Assembly (NCBI GenBank): GCA_965232515.1
Contig: CBDDPY010000002.1
Coordinates: 4,288,001 to 4,352,000 of the forward strand
Direction: 5' to 3'
DNA: 64,000 nucleotides
From: Alphaproteobacteria bacterium
Lineage (GTDB): Bacteria; Pseudomonadota; Alphaproteobacteria; GCA-2731375
Under the pieces are notes generated by a model. The model was not told the DNA's origin. It made no database searches and saw only the letters and a list, made by a program, of their open reading frames with translations. Positions 38,494 through 47,340 of the stretch are shown here, piece by piece; the first letter of the stretch is position 1; the number at the start of each line of letters is the position of its first letter. Made by a program: the position numbers and the translations under genes.

Positions 38494-38540
38494 TGTTCTG
38501 CCCCCGTAATTTGTTTCTCCGGAATACATGGCGCCTCGCG

Positions 38541-39467
38541 TCAGTCGGTGGCGTAGTTGGCGGGGGCGGAGGGGGCGTCGCCAGTGATGCGAAGCTCCTC
38601 GAGCTGGCCGCCGAGCTTGGCGCGGTAGGCAGCGTGGTCCGGCAGGTCGCGCACCCATTCGTCGCACCAACGCTGGAACGCGGCGGGATCGCGGGTCTCC
38701 TTGTGATAGTCGTGGAAGAAGGCGTTGTCGCGCTTCCAACGGCCGATCAGCATCGATGGATGGTTCGCGGCCGGCACGTGGCAGACGGCGTTGACGCCGA
38801 AGCCGGGGATCAGCACGCGGCTGGGGTCGGACGCAATGACCTCTGGCGCGACGATCTCGTCGGCCAGCACGATGATCTTCTCGGCCGCGATGGAAGCCTC
38901 CTGCGTCAGGCCGGTCGAGCCCCAGATGTGCGAGTTGCCGTGGCGGTCGGCGCGCTGCACCACGAGGAAGGCGACGTCGGGCTTCAGCGCCGGCACCAGC
39001 GCCACCGGATCGGGCGCGTCCGAGAACGGGTTCTCGGCGAGCTTGATGCGCGGGTTCGACTTGACGATGTCGGAGCCGAGGATCGATTTCACCGGCACGT
39101 AGGGCAGGCCGTAGGCGCCGGCGAAGAAGGCCATGCCGATGGTGAAGTTGGAATAGTCGTAGATCCGGATCGGGTGCGGCTGTCCGTGCTCGGCGGCACG
39201 GCGGTAGTTGTGGCCCATGCCGCCGGAAACGTTGCCGACCCAGGCGCCGGTGACCTCGGCGACGCAGCCGGCGCCGATCAGCATGTCGGTGGAGATGTCC
39301 GAGATCGGCGCGATCATGTTGAGGTCGCGGCGGCCCTGGCGGATCAGCTCATGCGTCGCCGCGTAGGGAATGGCGTTCTCCAGCGCCGCGCCGAGCACGA
39401 TGCTGGCGCCGTCCGGCACGAGTTCGGCGATGGCGTCGCTGAGCTCGCAAAGCTTGTCGTCGTTGAT
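38541..39467 (-). CDS. CoA-transferase subunit A (glutaconate CoA-transferase-like), probable ATC start
   Basis: DKLCELSDAIAELVPDG, HELIRQG, GAYGLPY.P, PALKPD, ADRHGN; first canonical start (GTG 39419) lies inside the conserved N-terminus. Confidence 0.85.
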   Translation of the reverse strand: MNDDKLCELSDAIAELVPDGASIVLGAALENAIPYAATHELIRQGRRDLNMIAPISDISTDMLIGAGCVAEVTGAWVGNVSGGMGHNYRRAAEHGQPHPIRIYDYSNFTIGMAFFAGAYGLPYVPVKSILGSDIVKSNPRIKLAENPFSDAPDPVALVPALKPDVAFLVVQRADRHGNSHIWGSTGLTQEASIAAEKIIVLADEIVAPEVIASDPSRVLIPGFGVNAVCHVPAANHPSMLIGRWKRDNAFFHDYHKETRDPAAFQRWCDEWVRDLPDHAAYRAKLGGQLEELRITGDAPSAPANYATD

Positions 39468-39636
39468 GGCGCGGCCTCCCGGATGACCTCAGTCGTTGTC
39501 GTTGCTTGCCCCGGTTTTACCGTCATGGCGGCCGCAGGCCAAGCCGTCGGTGTCTTGCTACAGTCGCGCCATTGCTCGGGCGTGGGCTCAGAGGCGATAA
39601 TCGGCGTGGGGGATCTCGGGGGAAGGATCGAGCGAC

Positions 39637-40404
39637 ATGGCGAATGGGGAATTCGCCGGCCGCACGTTGCTGGTGACCGGCGGGTCGCGCGGCATCGGGC
39701 GGGCGGTCTGTTTGCGCCTGGCCGGGACCGGCGCGCGCATCGCTTTCAACTATGCATCGGACACGGCGGCGGCGGAGAAGACGCTGGCCGAACTGGAGGC
39801 CACGGGCGCCGCGTGCCGGATGTACCGGGCCGACGTCGCCGATCTCGATCAGACGGCCGACATGTTCAAGCGGATCGAGGCGGATCTCGGACCGGTCGAC
39901 CTGCTGGTGGCCAACGCCGGCATCGCGCGGAAGGCCGATGCCGCCGACATGTCGGCCGAGGTCTGGCGCGAGATCATGTCGGTCAACCTGGACGGCACCT
40001 TTCACACGGTCTGGTGCGCGAAGGACGGCATGCTGGCGCGCGGCTTCGGCCGGATCGTCTGTATCTCGTCGGTCACCGGCCTGGTCGCCAACCCGATCGC
40101 GCCGCAGCGGCTGATCGCCTACGGCACCTCGAAGGCGGCGATCATCGGCTTCACGCGCAACTGCGCCCGCGCCTTCGGGCCCGACGTGCGGGTGAACTGC
40201 GTGGCGCCGGGCGTGATCGAAACCGAGATGACGGCCGACATCACCGACGACGCACGCGCGCAGATGCTGGCGGGGATGTCGCTGAAACGTTTCGGCCAGC
40301 CGGAAGAGATCGCCGAGATGGTGCACTTCCTGCTGAGCGAGCGGTCGAGCTACACCACCGGCCAGACATTTGTGGCCTCGGGTGGCTTGGTAACTCTGCC
40401 ATAG
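39637..40404 (+). CDS. SDR oxidoreductase (FabG-like)
   Basis: TGGSRGIG, ANAG, YGTSK, VNCVAPG. Confidence 0.9.
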   Translation: MANGEFAGRTLLVTGGSRGIGRAVCLRLAGTGARIAFNYASDTAAAEKTLAELEATGAACRMYRADVADLDQTADMFKRIEADLGPVDLLVANAGIARKADAADMSAEVWREIMSVNLDGTFHTVWCAKDGMLARGFGRIVCISSVTGLVANPIAPQRLIAYGTSKAAIIGFTRNCARAFGPDVRVNCVAPGVIETEMTADITDDARAQMLAGMSLKRFGQPEEIAEMVHFLLSERSSYTTGQTFVASGGLVTLP

Positions 40405-40490
40405 ATCGGCGCAGTCATGCTTCGAGACGCCGGCTTTGCCGGCTCCTCAGCATGAGGATAAGTCGTGAAATCAAACGATTCCTCATGCTG

Positions 40491-41665
40491 GAGACCTTTG
40501 CACGGTAGGTGTTGTTTGTCGCTATGTTCGAGCTTGGCGCTGGGTTGTTAGCGGCGATCGCGCCTGTTTTCGAGCCGCTGACCGGCTTGAGGCCTGTTTG
40601 CTGTCGATGAGGTCGATATCGAGCGGCCTCAAGTTGCGCAGAGGACGGCGAGGCGTCGCAGGTTGTAGGCGAAACAGGCGAGCGTGACGGTGACTTCGTT
40701 GCGTGCTTGGCTGAAATGCGGCAGGCGGCTGAGGCGGTAGCTTCGTTTGAGGGTGCCGAAGATCTTCTCGACCGGTCGGCGCCGGGCCACCAGCCGGTGG
40801 TTCCGGGCGGTCTCTTCGGCGTTGAGCGGCCTGCCTTTACGGGCATGGCGCATGACCCCGTCGGCGATGCCGAGCGCCGCCAGATGATCGCGCAGGCGCC
40901 GGGCGTCATAACCACGGTCGGCATAGACGGCCTGCTCGTCGCCCTGAACCAAATCGGCGGCAAAGTCGATCTCCTGGCGATTGGCCGGCGTCAGAAACAG
41001 GCCGCGGATCAGCGCCGAGCCCTGATCCACGGCCACATGCAGCTTGTAGCCAAAGCTATAGCGCCGGCGCTCGTTGTTGGTGCCAAAGCGCGCATCCGGA
41101 TCGGTCCGGCTGGTCCGGCCTTCCTTGATCCGAGGCCGCCGCGCCGCGCTGCTCACCAGGCTGGCATCAATCAACGTGCCTTGTTTGAGCACGACCTGGT
41201 GCGCTTCGAGCTGACGCGACAACTCCCCCATCAGCGCCTCAAGACGCGCCGCCCCGCGTAGACGGTCCCGGAAACGGTGGATCGTCGAGTGATCGGGAAC
41301 CGGATCGCTCAGGCTCAGACCGACAAACCGACGGAACGAGATCCGGTCCGCCAACGCCTCCTCCATCATCGGATCCGACAGATTGTACCAGCGCTGCAAC
41401 AGCAGCACCTTGAACATGATCAGCGCCGGATAAGACGGCTCGCCCCGACGCGACGGATAAAGCCCCTCCAGCAGCGCCTCAAACGGCCGCCAGTCCACAA
41501 GATCATTGATCTTCGACAGCCGATCGAACCGAGCGCCAAGCCGCGCCTCGACAACCGCGTCCTCAAACCCCAGCTGACCAACACGCTTGCGAGACATCTC
41601 AAACCCTCACCGACAGCCCCTATACCGTCAGTGAATCACGCTTCCCAAAACCGTGCAAAGGTCTC
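40491..41665 (-). mobile_element. IS5 family insertion sequence (IS1106-like ends), 1175 bp
   Basis: Perfect 16-bp TIRs GAGACCTTTGCACGGT / ACCGTGCAAAGGTCTC; flanks CATGCTG / CATCCTG. Confidence 0.93.
40629..41597 (-). CDS. IS5 family DDE transposase
   Basis: LLQRWYNLSD, VPDHSTI.RFR, LIDAS, GYKLHVAVD, YADRGY, R..VEKIFG. Confidence 0.95.
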   Translation of the reverse strand: MSRKRVGQLGFEDAVVEARLGARFDRLSKINDLVDWRPFEALLEGLYPSRRGEPSYPALIMFKVLLLQRWYNLSDPMMEEALADRISFRRFVGLSLSDPVPDHSTIHRFRDRLRGAARLEALMGELSRQLEAHQVVLKQGTLIDASLVSSAARRPRIKEGRTSRTDPDARFGTNNERRRYSFGYKLHVAVDQGSALIRGLFLTPANRQEIDFAADLVQGDEQAVYADRGYDARRLRDHLAALGIADGVMRHARKGRPLNAEETARNHRLVARRRPVEKIFGTLKRSYRLSRLPHFSQARNEVTVTLACFAYNLRRLAVLCAT

Positions 41666-41737
41666 CATCCTGAGGAACGCCCGTCAGGGCGTGTCTCGAA
41701 GGATGTTTCGGCCGCTTCGTCTGCTTTCAGCAGCCTG

Positions 41738-42370
41738 TCAGGCCAACCCCAGCGCCGGGGCCGGGTCGGTTTCGCGCCAGCAGGGTAGCGATTCGACGCG
41801 GTCCATCCAGCGCCGCAGGTTCGGGTAATCCTCGAGCGGCAGTTTCTGGTGGCTGTGCAGGTGCATGGGCGCGGCGACCGCAATGTCGGCCAACGTGACC
41901 TGCGGCCCGCAGAGCCAGTCCTGACCGCTGAGCCGCGCCTCCAGCATGCCCGCCAGCTGATGGAAGGTGGGCGCGTGCGCTTCCAGCACGGCCGGGTCCG
42001 CCTCGGAACCGGTCAGCGGCTTGACGACGTTTTCGACCAGATAAACGTAGCAGGCGTTGAACCACTTGCCGGCCTCCCAAAGCAGCCAGCGCTGGATGTC
42101 GGCCCGCACCTTGGGATCGGTCGGGTAGACGGCGGTGTTGCCGTCCTTCTCGGCCGCGTAGACCAGGATCGCGTTCGATTCCCAGAGCTGCATGTCGCCG
42201 TCGACCAGGGCCGGCAGTTCGCCGTTGGGGTTGATCGCCAGATAATCGTCCTGCTTATGGCCGCCGGCGAAGTAGTCGACCTTGGCTTCCTCGAAGTCGG
42301 TGCCCATCAGCTTGAAGCCGGCGACGACCTTGCGGCAGTTCACGGTGACCGGATCGTAATAGAGTTTCAT
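41738..42370 (-). CDS. Glutathione S-transferase
   Basis: INPNGELPAL, LWESNAIL.Y, TLADI. Confidence 0.9.
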   Translation of the reverse strand: MKLYYDPVTVNCRKVVAGFKLMGTDFEEAKVDYFAGGHKQDDYLAINPNGELPALVDGDMQLWESNAILVYAAEKDGNTAVYPTDPKVRADIQRWLLWEAGKWFNACYVYLVENVVKPLTGSEADPAVLEAHAPTFHQLAGMLEARLSGQDWLCGPQVTLADIAVAAPMHLHSHQKLPLEDYPNLRRWMDRVESLPCWRETDPAPALGLA

Positions 42371-42651
42371 GTCCCCTCCCCATCGAAGAGTTATCGTTGT
42401 CGACCCCACGGTTGAAACGCGACGCCACAGACAGGACTGAAACAGGGAACGCCCTCTTCCGGATTTGGCCCGAACGGCTGTCCGTTTGTTTTCTTCGATG
42501 ATCTGCCAGCCGGCGCCGGTCTGGCAAGCGATTTGGGATGTTTGCGCTCACGGCAAGCGGACCTGGCGGTCCGCGCCTGCGCGGGCGCGCCGGACGACCG
42601 GCGGGCCGCGGTCGCGGCCTGAAGTGGCTCCGAGCACTTGTCTTTAGCCGG

Positions 42652-44136
42652 TCAGCCGATCTTGATGCCGGGTGTCGTGATCTCTTCACCGAGGTCGACG
42701 GCCTGGGTGAGGTCGACGTCGGGGCGTTGGAAATGCTGCGGGCAGGCGGCGGCGTAGGCGGTGGCCGCGGACAGGGCCAGGTCTTCGCGCTGGCGGGGCG
42801 CGACGAGCTGCAAACCGGCAGGCAAGCCGTCCGACGTGAGGCCGCAGGGGATGGCGGCGATGGGCAGCGCCGTTATCGAGAAGGCGTAGCAGGGCAGGAA
42901 GACGTCGTAGAACCGCTCGACCGGCTGGCCGCCGACCTCGGTCGGCAGCGGCCGGTCGAGACGGAAGGCCGTCGCGGTGGCGCTGGGCGTCAGGATGAAA
43001 TCGTAGCCGGCCATGAATTCGCGCACGCGGTGCCAGTAAAGCGCGCGCAGGCGCTCGGCCCGGGTGATGGCGCGGACGTCGAAGTCGAGCGCGGCCGTGA
43101 CCTGGTTGATCAGCGGCGGCGTCATCACGTCGCGGTGCTTGTCGAACCGGTCGGCGTAGCGGGCGACCATGCCGAAGGCGCGGGTGCCGGCGACGATGTC
43201 CTGGAGGTCCGAGGTGTCGAAAAACGCATCTTCGACGACGGCGCCGAGGTCTTCGAAGGCCTTGGCCGCGGCGTCGGCGAGCGCGCCCACTTGCGCGTCG
43301 AGCGGCACCAAGCCACCGAGATCGCGGGCATAGGCGATCCGCTTGCCGCTGAGGTCGGCCGGCGTCGCGGCGGCGGCCGTGTAGTCCGGCACGGGGCCGG
43401 GCAGGGTGCTGGGATCGCGGTCGTCGGGGCCGGCCATGACCGACAGCATCAGGCCGAGATCGCCGATGTCGGCCGCCATCGGTCCCTGCACGTGCTGGAC
43501 CAGCGTGTCCCAGGCGAAGTCCGTAGGCCAGAACGGCACCCGCCCCGGCGCCGGGCGCAGGCCGGCGATGCCGTTCAGCGCCGACGGGATGCGGATCGAG
43601 CCGCCGAGATCGGTGCCGATGCCGAGCGGCGCCATGGCGGCCGCGACCGCGGCCCCGGTGCCGCCGCTGGAGCCGCCCGCCGTGCGGCGCAGGTCCCAGG
43701 GATTGCGCGTGGCGCCGAACAGCTTGTTCGACGTGTTCACGTCGTGGGCGAATTCCGGCGTGTTCGTCTTGCCCAGCAGGACGCCGCCAGCGGCACGCAG
43801 ACGCTCGACCGAAACGGCGTCGTCGGCCGGCACGTCGTCGGCGCAGATCAGCGAGCCGAAGGTGGTGCGGAGATCTTTCGTGTGGATGATGTCCTTGACC
43901 ACGAAGGGCACGCCGTCCAACGGCCGGGCCGGTTCGCCGGCGGCGAGACGGGCATCGACGGCGGCCGCGTCGGCGGCGGCGCGCGGGTTCAGCGTGCAGA
44001 CGGCGTTGACGGCGCCGTTCACGGCGTCGATGCGGGCGAGGAAGGCGGCCGTGACCTCGGCCGCGCTCAGCCGTCGGTCGGCGACGGCGGCGGCGATCTC
44101 GCGGGCCGACCGCCGGGTGATGTCGTCGCCGGTCAT
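42652..44136 (-). CDS. Amidase signature family enzyme
   Basis: VKD, GKTNTPEF, GGSSGG, GTDLGGSIRIP. Confidence 0.93.
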   Translation of the reverse strand: MTGDDITRRSAREIAAAVADRRLSAAEVTAAFLARIDAVNGAVNAVCTLNPRAAADAAAVDARLAAGEPARPLDGVPFVVKDIIHTKDLRTTFGSLICADDVPADDAVSVERLRAAGGVLLGKTNTPEFAHDVNTSNKLFGATRNPWDLRRTAGGSSGGTGAAVAAAMAPLGIGTDLGGSIRIPSALNGIAGLRPAPGRVPFWPTDFAWDTLVQHVQGPMAADIGDLGLMLSVMAGPDDRDPSTLPGPVPDYTAAAATPADLSGKRIAYARDLGGLVPLDAQVGALADAAAKAFEDLGAVVEDAFFDTSDLQDIVAGTRAFGMVARYADRFDKHRDVMTPPLINQVTAALDFDVRAITRAERLRALYWHRVREFMAGYDFILTPSATATAFRLDRPLPTEVGGQPVERFYDVFLPCYAFSITALPIAAIPCGLTSDGLPAGLQLVAPRQREDLALSAATAYAAACPQHFQRPDVDLTQAVDLGEEITTPGIKIG

Positions 44137-44579
44137 GCGTCCGACGCCGGCGGCTTGAAGCTGGTGGCGTCCATGAAGATCACCCGGCGGGCGAACTTCC
44201 AGGCGCCGGCAACCTGCACGATGGTGTCCTCGTAGACACCGACATCGGCAAGCTGCGGCGGCTCGCCCGGCTCGCCGTTATAGCCGTGCAGATAGCAGCG
44301 GCCGCGCACGCTGCCGTCGGGCTGTCTCTCCAGATGCAGGCTGCCGTTCCAGTGCCGGCGGTAGCGCCCGCCGCGGCCGGCCGCGTCCTTTTCCTTGAAG
44401 GCGCGCAGATCGTCATGGCCGCGAACGGCCATGCCAAGCGCCGGGATCTCAACCGAGCCCTCGGGCGTGAAGCAGCCGGCATAGCCCTCAGCGTCGCCGG
44501 CATCGCTCATCAGGTTGTAGTAGGCGTAGAGATTCTGGATCTCGACATAGGCTTCCGCCGACAGACCGCTCGCCGCCAT
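44133..44579 (-). CDS. SnoaL/NTF2-like protein
   Basis: IQNLYAYY...D.GD...YA.CFT.EG, RH, G.YED......G.WKF; overlaps the amidase start. Confidence 0.82.
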   Translation of the reverse strand: MAASGLSAEAYVEIQNLYAYYNLMSDAGDAEGYAGCFTPEGSVEIPALGMAVRGHDDLRAFKEKDAAGRGGRYRRHWNGSLHLERQPDGSVRGRCYLHGYNGEPGEPPQLADVGVYEDTIVQVAGAWKFARRVIFMDATSFKPPASDA

Positions 44580-44672
44580 GACGTGCCTCCCGTTCGCGCG
44601 TGCGTTACGGGAATGATAGCAGAGGAATCGGTCTTGGCGACGCGCCGTCGCCGTGGCCGGAAAGAACGAACG

Positions 44673-45425
44673 TCAGGCGCGGCGACGGGCGATGGCGAAG
44701 CCGGCGAGCGCGACCAGGAACAGCGGCAGGGCGGCCGGCGCCGGCACGTCGATGATGACAGGGCCTTCCTCGGCCGAGGCCTGACCTTCGGCGTCGGCCA
44801 GCAGGTTGACGACCTCCGATTCCTCGGGCGCGACGGTGATCGAGAACTGGAACGTGTCGGTCACGCTGTCGTTCGGCAGGCCTTGATCCGGGTTCGCCTG
44901 CAACGCCTGCTCGAACAGAATGCCCAGGAGCTCGGTCTCGATGGCCACGATGGCGAACGCGTTGGCGGTCTCGCTCGCCAGATTGTCGACATCGGCCTGG
45001 GCGGAGAGCGTGAATTCCAGCAGGAAATCGATCTGGAACGTCTCGTCGAGGGAGAGGTTTTCGATCTCGACTTCCGAGTCGGTCAGGAAAAACGACATGG
45101 CGTCGCCGACGGGATCGGCGCTGCCGTTCGCCATGGCCAAGAGATCGATGCTGTCGTTGACGCCGAGCACGGTCGAGCCGCTGGGGCTGGCGCTGCCGTC
45201 GGTCGAGGCGGTGGCGTTGCCGCTCATCATGCTGTCTTCGTCGGCGATCTCGGCGCTGCCCTCGATGCTGAGGTTGGCGAGATCGCCGCCGGTGATCGAC
45301 TGGATGGTCAGGACCGCGCTGGCCGTCGCGGCGTAAATCGCCGTCGCCTGCGCCGGCGCGCCGCTGAACGCCAGCAATAACAGCAGGCCCAGGCCTGCCG
45401 CACACCGCTTGCCGATCAAACGCAT
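44673..45425 (-). CDS. Secreted acidic protein with PEP-CTERM/VPLPA-like sorting signal
   Basis: Signal peptide ending APAQA; Ser/Ala/Asp/Glu-rich body; C-terminus VPAPAALPLFLVALAGFAIARRRA. Confidence 0.82.
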   Translation of the reverse strand: MRLIGKRCAAGLGLLLLLAFSGAPAQATAIYAATASAVLTIQSITGGDLANLSIEGSAEIADEDSMMSGNATASTDGSASPSGSTVLGVNDSIDLLAMANGSADPVGDAMSFFLTDSEVEIENLSLDETFQIDFLLEFTLSAQADVDNLASETANAFAIVAIETELLGILFEQALQANPDQGLPNDSVTDTFQFSITVAPEESEVVNLLADAEGQASAEEGPVIIDVPAPAALPLFLVALAGFAIARRRA

Positions 45426-45501
45426 GTTTCTGTCCTTCAACACCGCCGAAATCAGGCGACCCCAATCGAACCGCCACGCCTGACCGCTATAGGGAGGAAC
45501 G

Positions 45502-45518
45502 GTTAACAGATTATTAAC
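45502..45518. promoter_or_regulatory. CtrA-binding full site
   Basis: GTTAA-CAGATTA-TTAAC matches TTAA-N7-TTAAC on both strands, ~77 bp upstream of the PEP-CTERM-like gene. Confidence 0.65.
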
Positions 45519-45575
45519 CCGGTCAGCCACGGGTAGGAGTTACCATATTGTGTCGAATTGCGGAATTGAGGGAAT

Positions 45576-46481
45576 CTACCCAGTCAGCGCCGCGACGTCG
45601 GCATGGCGCATGACGTGGCGCGCGTAGCGGTAGTCGCGAATCGTCGCGATACCCCCTTCGTCCCAGTCGAGCAGCACGAAATAGACCGGGCCGGCCGAGG
45701 GCGCGTCGGGATCCGTGGCGAGCACGGCCAGGCGGCCCTCGACGAAGCCGAGGCCGAAGCGCCAATCGTGCTGGGCGGCGTAGTTGTCGAAATAGCCGCC
45801 AACCGCCGCGGCGCCGCGGCGCTGGGCCCGGCCGATGAGGTCGAGCCGCACATCGTCGGCAAGCATGGCCCGGAGCGCGTCGAAATCGCGGGCGTTGAAG
45901 CGATCGACATAGCGCGCCAGCCGTTCGATTTCGGCCGGGTCGGCACTTGCCTGGAGGTCCTCTTCGACGCCGCCCGCGAGGTCGCGCAGCCGTGCCCGGC
46001 CGCGATGCAGCGCCGCCTTGACGGCGCCGACGCTGACATCGAGCAGCTCGGAGATCTCGGCCAGCGAATAGCCCATGACGTCCTTCAGAAACACGCAGCT
46101 GCGCTGCATCGGCGCCAGCTGCAGCAGCCGCGACAGGGCCATGCCGGTGAGCTCGCGGTCGGCGAGCGGCGTGTCCGGGTCGGCCAGCGGCGGCAGGTCG
46201 TCGAGCGGCTCGGCGCGCCAACGGTCGCGCCGCCGCAGATGATCGACGGCCTTGTTGTGCGCGATGCGGAACAGCCAGGCCGACAAATTGCCGACCGGCG
46301 TCACCGTGGGCAGCACGTAATAGGCACGGGCGAGCGTGTCCTGGACGATGTCCTCGCCGTCGACGACGGATCCGGTCATCCAGGCGCAATAGCGGTGCAG
46401 TTGCGGTCGGATGTCCCGAACCAGGTCGTCGAAGGCGGCCCGCGCTTCAGCGAGCGCCGGTGGCAGCAATTCGTCGGTCAT
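45576..46481 (-). CDS. ECF sigma factor with C-terminal SnoaL-like extension
   Basis: DGEDIVQD, WLFRIAHN..VD.LRR, region 4 YSLAEIS.....VGAVKAALHRGR, extension RYVDRFNARD. Confidence 0.9.
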   Translation of the reverse strand: MTDELLPPALAEARAAFDDLVRDIRPQLHRYCAWMTGSVVDGEDIVQDTLARAYYVLPTVTPVGNLSAWLFRIAHNKAVDHLRRRDRWRAEPLDDLPPLADPDTPLADRELTGMALSRLLQLAPMQRSCVFLKDVMGYSLAEISELLDVSVGAVKAALHRGRARLRDLAGGVEEDLQASADPAEIERLARYVDRFNARDFDALRAMLADDVRLDLIGRAQRRGAAAVGGYFDNYAAQHDWRFGLGFVEGRLAVLATDPDAPSAGPVYFVLLDWDEGGIATIRDYRYARHVMRHADVAALTG

Positions 46482-46509
46482 GAGCCTCGAAGCGCCACTC
46501 TATCCGGCT

Positions 46510-47259
46510 TCAATCGAGCGACTCCAGCCCGCCACCGGTGATGCCGAAGGCGAGGCCTTCCGCGTAGGTCGCATCGGTCAGCAGGTCGACCACGCCCTGG
46601 CCGAACATGGCCGGCGTCAGTTGCGTGCCGAAGCGCTCCAAGAAAGCCTCCTTGGTGATGCCCTGGCGTTCGGCATAGCCCGTGGCCGCGGCGTGGCCGA
46701 GCGCGGTTTCGCCGACGATCTGCTTCGGCAGCAAGGCCAGAAAACGGATGCCGAGATCGCGCCCGGCCGCTTCCTGCTGCAGGAAGCCGGCGAGAAACCA
46801 CTGCATGCGTTTGGCACCGGAATAGCCGCCGGACAAGGGCGAGCCACCGATGGCGGCGCCGCTGGAGACGACGATCACCGTGCTGCCCGGCGCCAGCGGC
46901 AGGCCGAGGGCCTGCTTGCCGAACTCGAGCGTGGCCCGCACATCGGTGTTCCAGACCCGGGAGAACTGCTCCCAGGACTGTTCCTGCGCCGGCGCCATGT
47001 GCGGCGTCGCGCCGGCGGACAGCACCACAATGTCGGGGCGGATCTCGCGCAGCGCCCGCTCGGCGGTCGCCGGATCGGCGACATCGCCCACGAAGGTTCG
47101 CACGCCCGCGACCTCGCGGGCGAGCGCCGCCAGCGTCTCTTCGTCGCGCGCCAGCGCCACCACCTCGGCACCCGCCTTTACGAGCGCCTCGACCGCGCCA
47201 CGTCCGAGGCCCCGACTGCCGCCGGCGACCAGCGCCGTCTTGCCTTGGATATCCGTCAT
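46510..47259 (-). CDS. SDR oxidoreductase
   Basis: AGGSRGLG, SS, YSGAK; directly upstream of the ECF gene. Confidence 0.87.
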   Translation of the reverse strand: MTDIQGKTALVAGGSRGLGRGAVEALVKAGAEVVALARDEETLAALAREVAGVRTFVGDVADPATAERALREIRPDIVVLSAGATPHMAPAQEQSWEQFSRVWNTDVRATLEFGKQALGLPLAPGSTVIVVSSGAAIGGSPLSGGYSGAKRMQWFLAGFLQQEAAGRDLGIRFLALLPKQIVGETALGHAAATGYAERQGITKEAFLERFGTQLTPAMFGQGVVDLLTDATYAEGLAFGITGGGLESLD

Positions 47260-47291
47260 CTCGATCCCCTTCGTCGTTGGTTCAAAGGGAT

Positions 47292-47317
47292 GACGTTCGG
47301 GCGGCGGAAAAGGATTC
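47292..47317 (-). promoter_or_regulatory. Putative ECF promoter for the SDR-ECF operon
   Basis: Minus strand GAATCC-N16-CGTC, ~33 nt before the SDR start. Confidence 0.5.
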
Positions 47318-47340
47318 GGTCCGGCGGAAACTTTTTGCGA

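Larger units (their letters stand above)
40420..41701. repeat. Family A palindromic element split by the IS5 element
   Basis: Left part 40420-40490 CTTCGAGACG..CTCCTCAGCATGAGG...CCTCATGCTG; right part 41666-41701 CATCCTGAGGAACGCCCGTCAGGGCGTGTCTCGAAG. Confidence 0.8.

Noticed and set aside
42410-42650. Intergenic stretch between the amidase and GST genes examined for an ncRNA or gene remnant
   Set aside because: No convincing ORF, terminator or recognisable RNA motif
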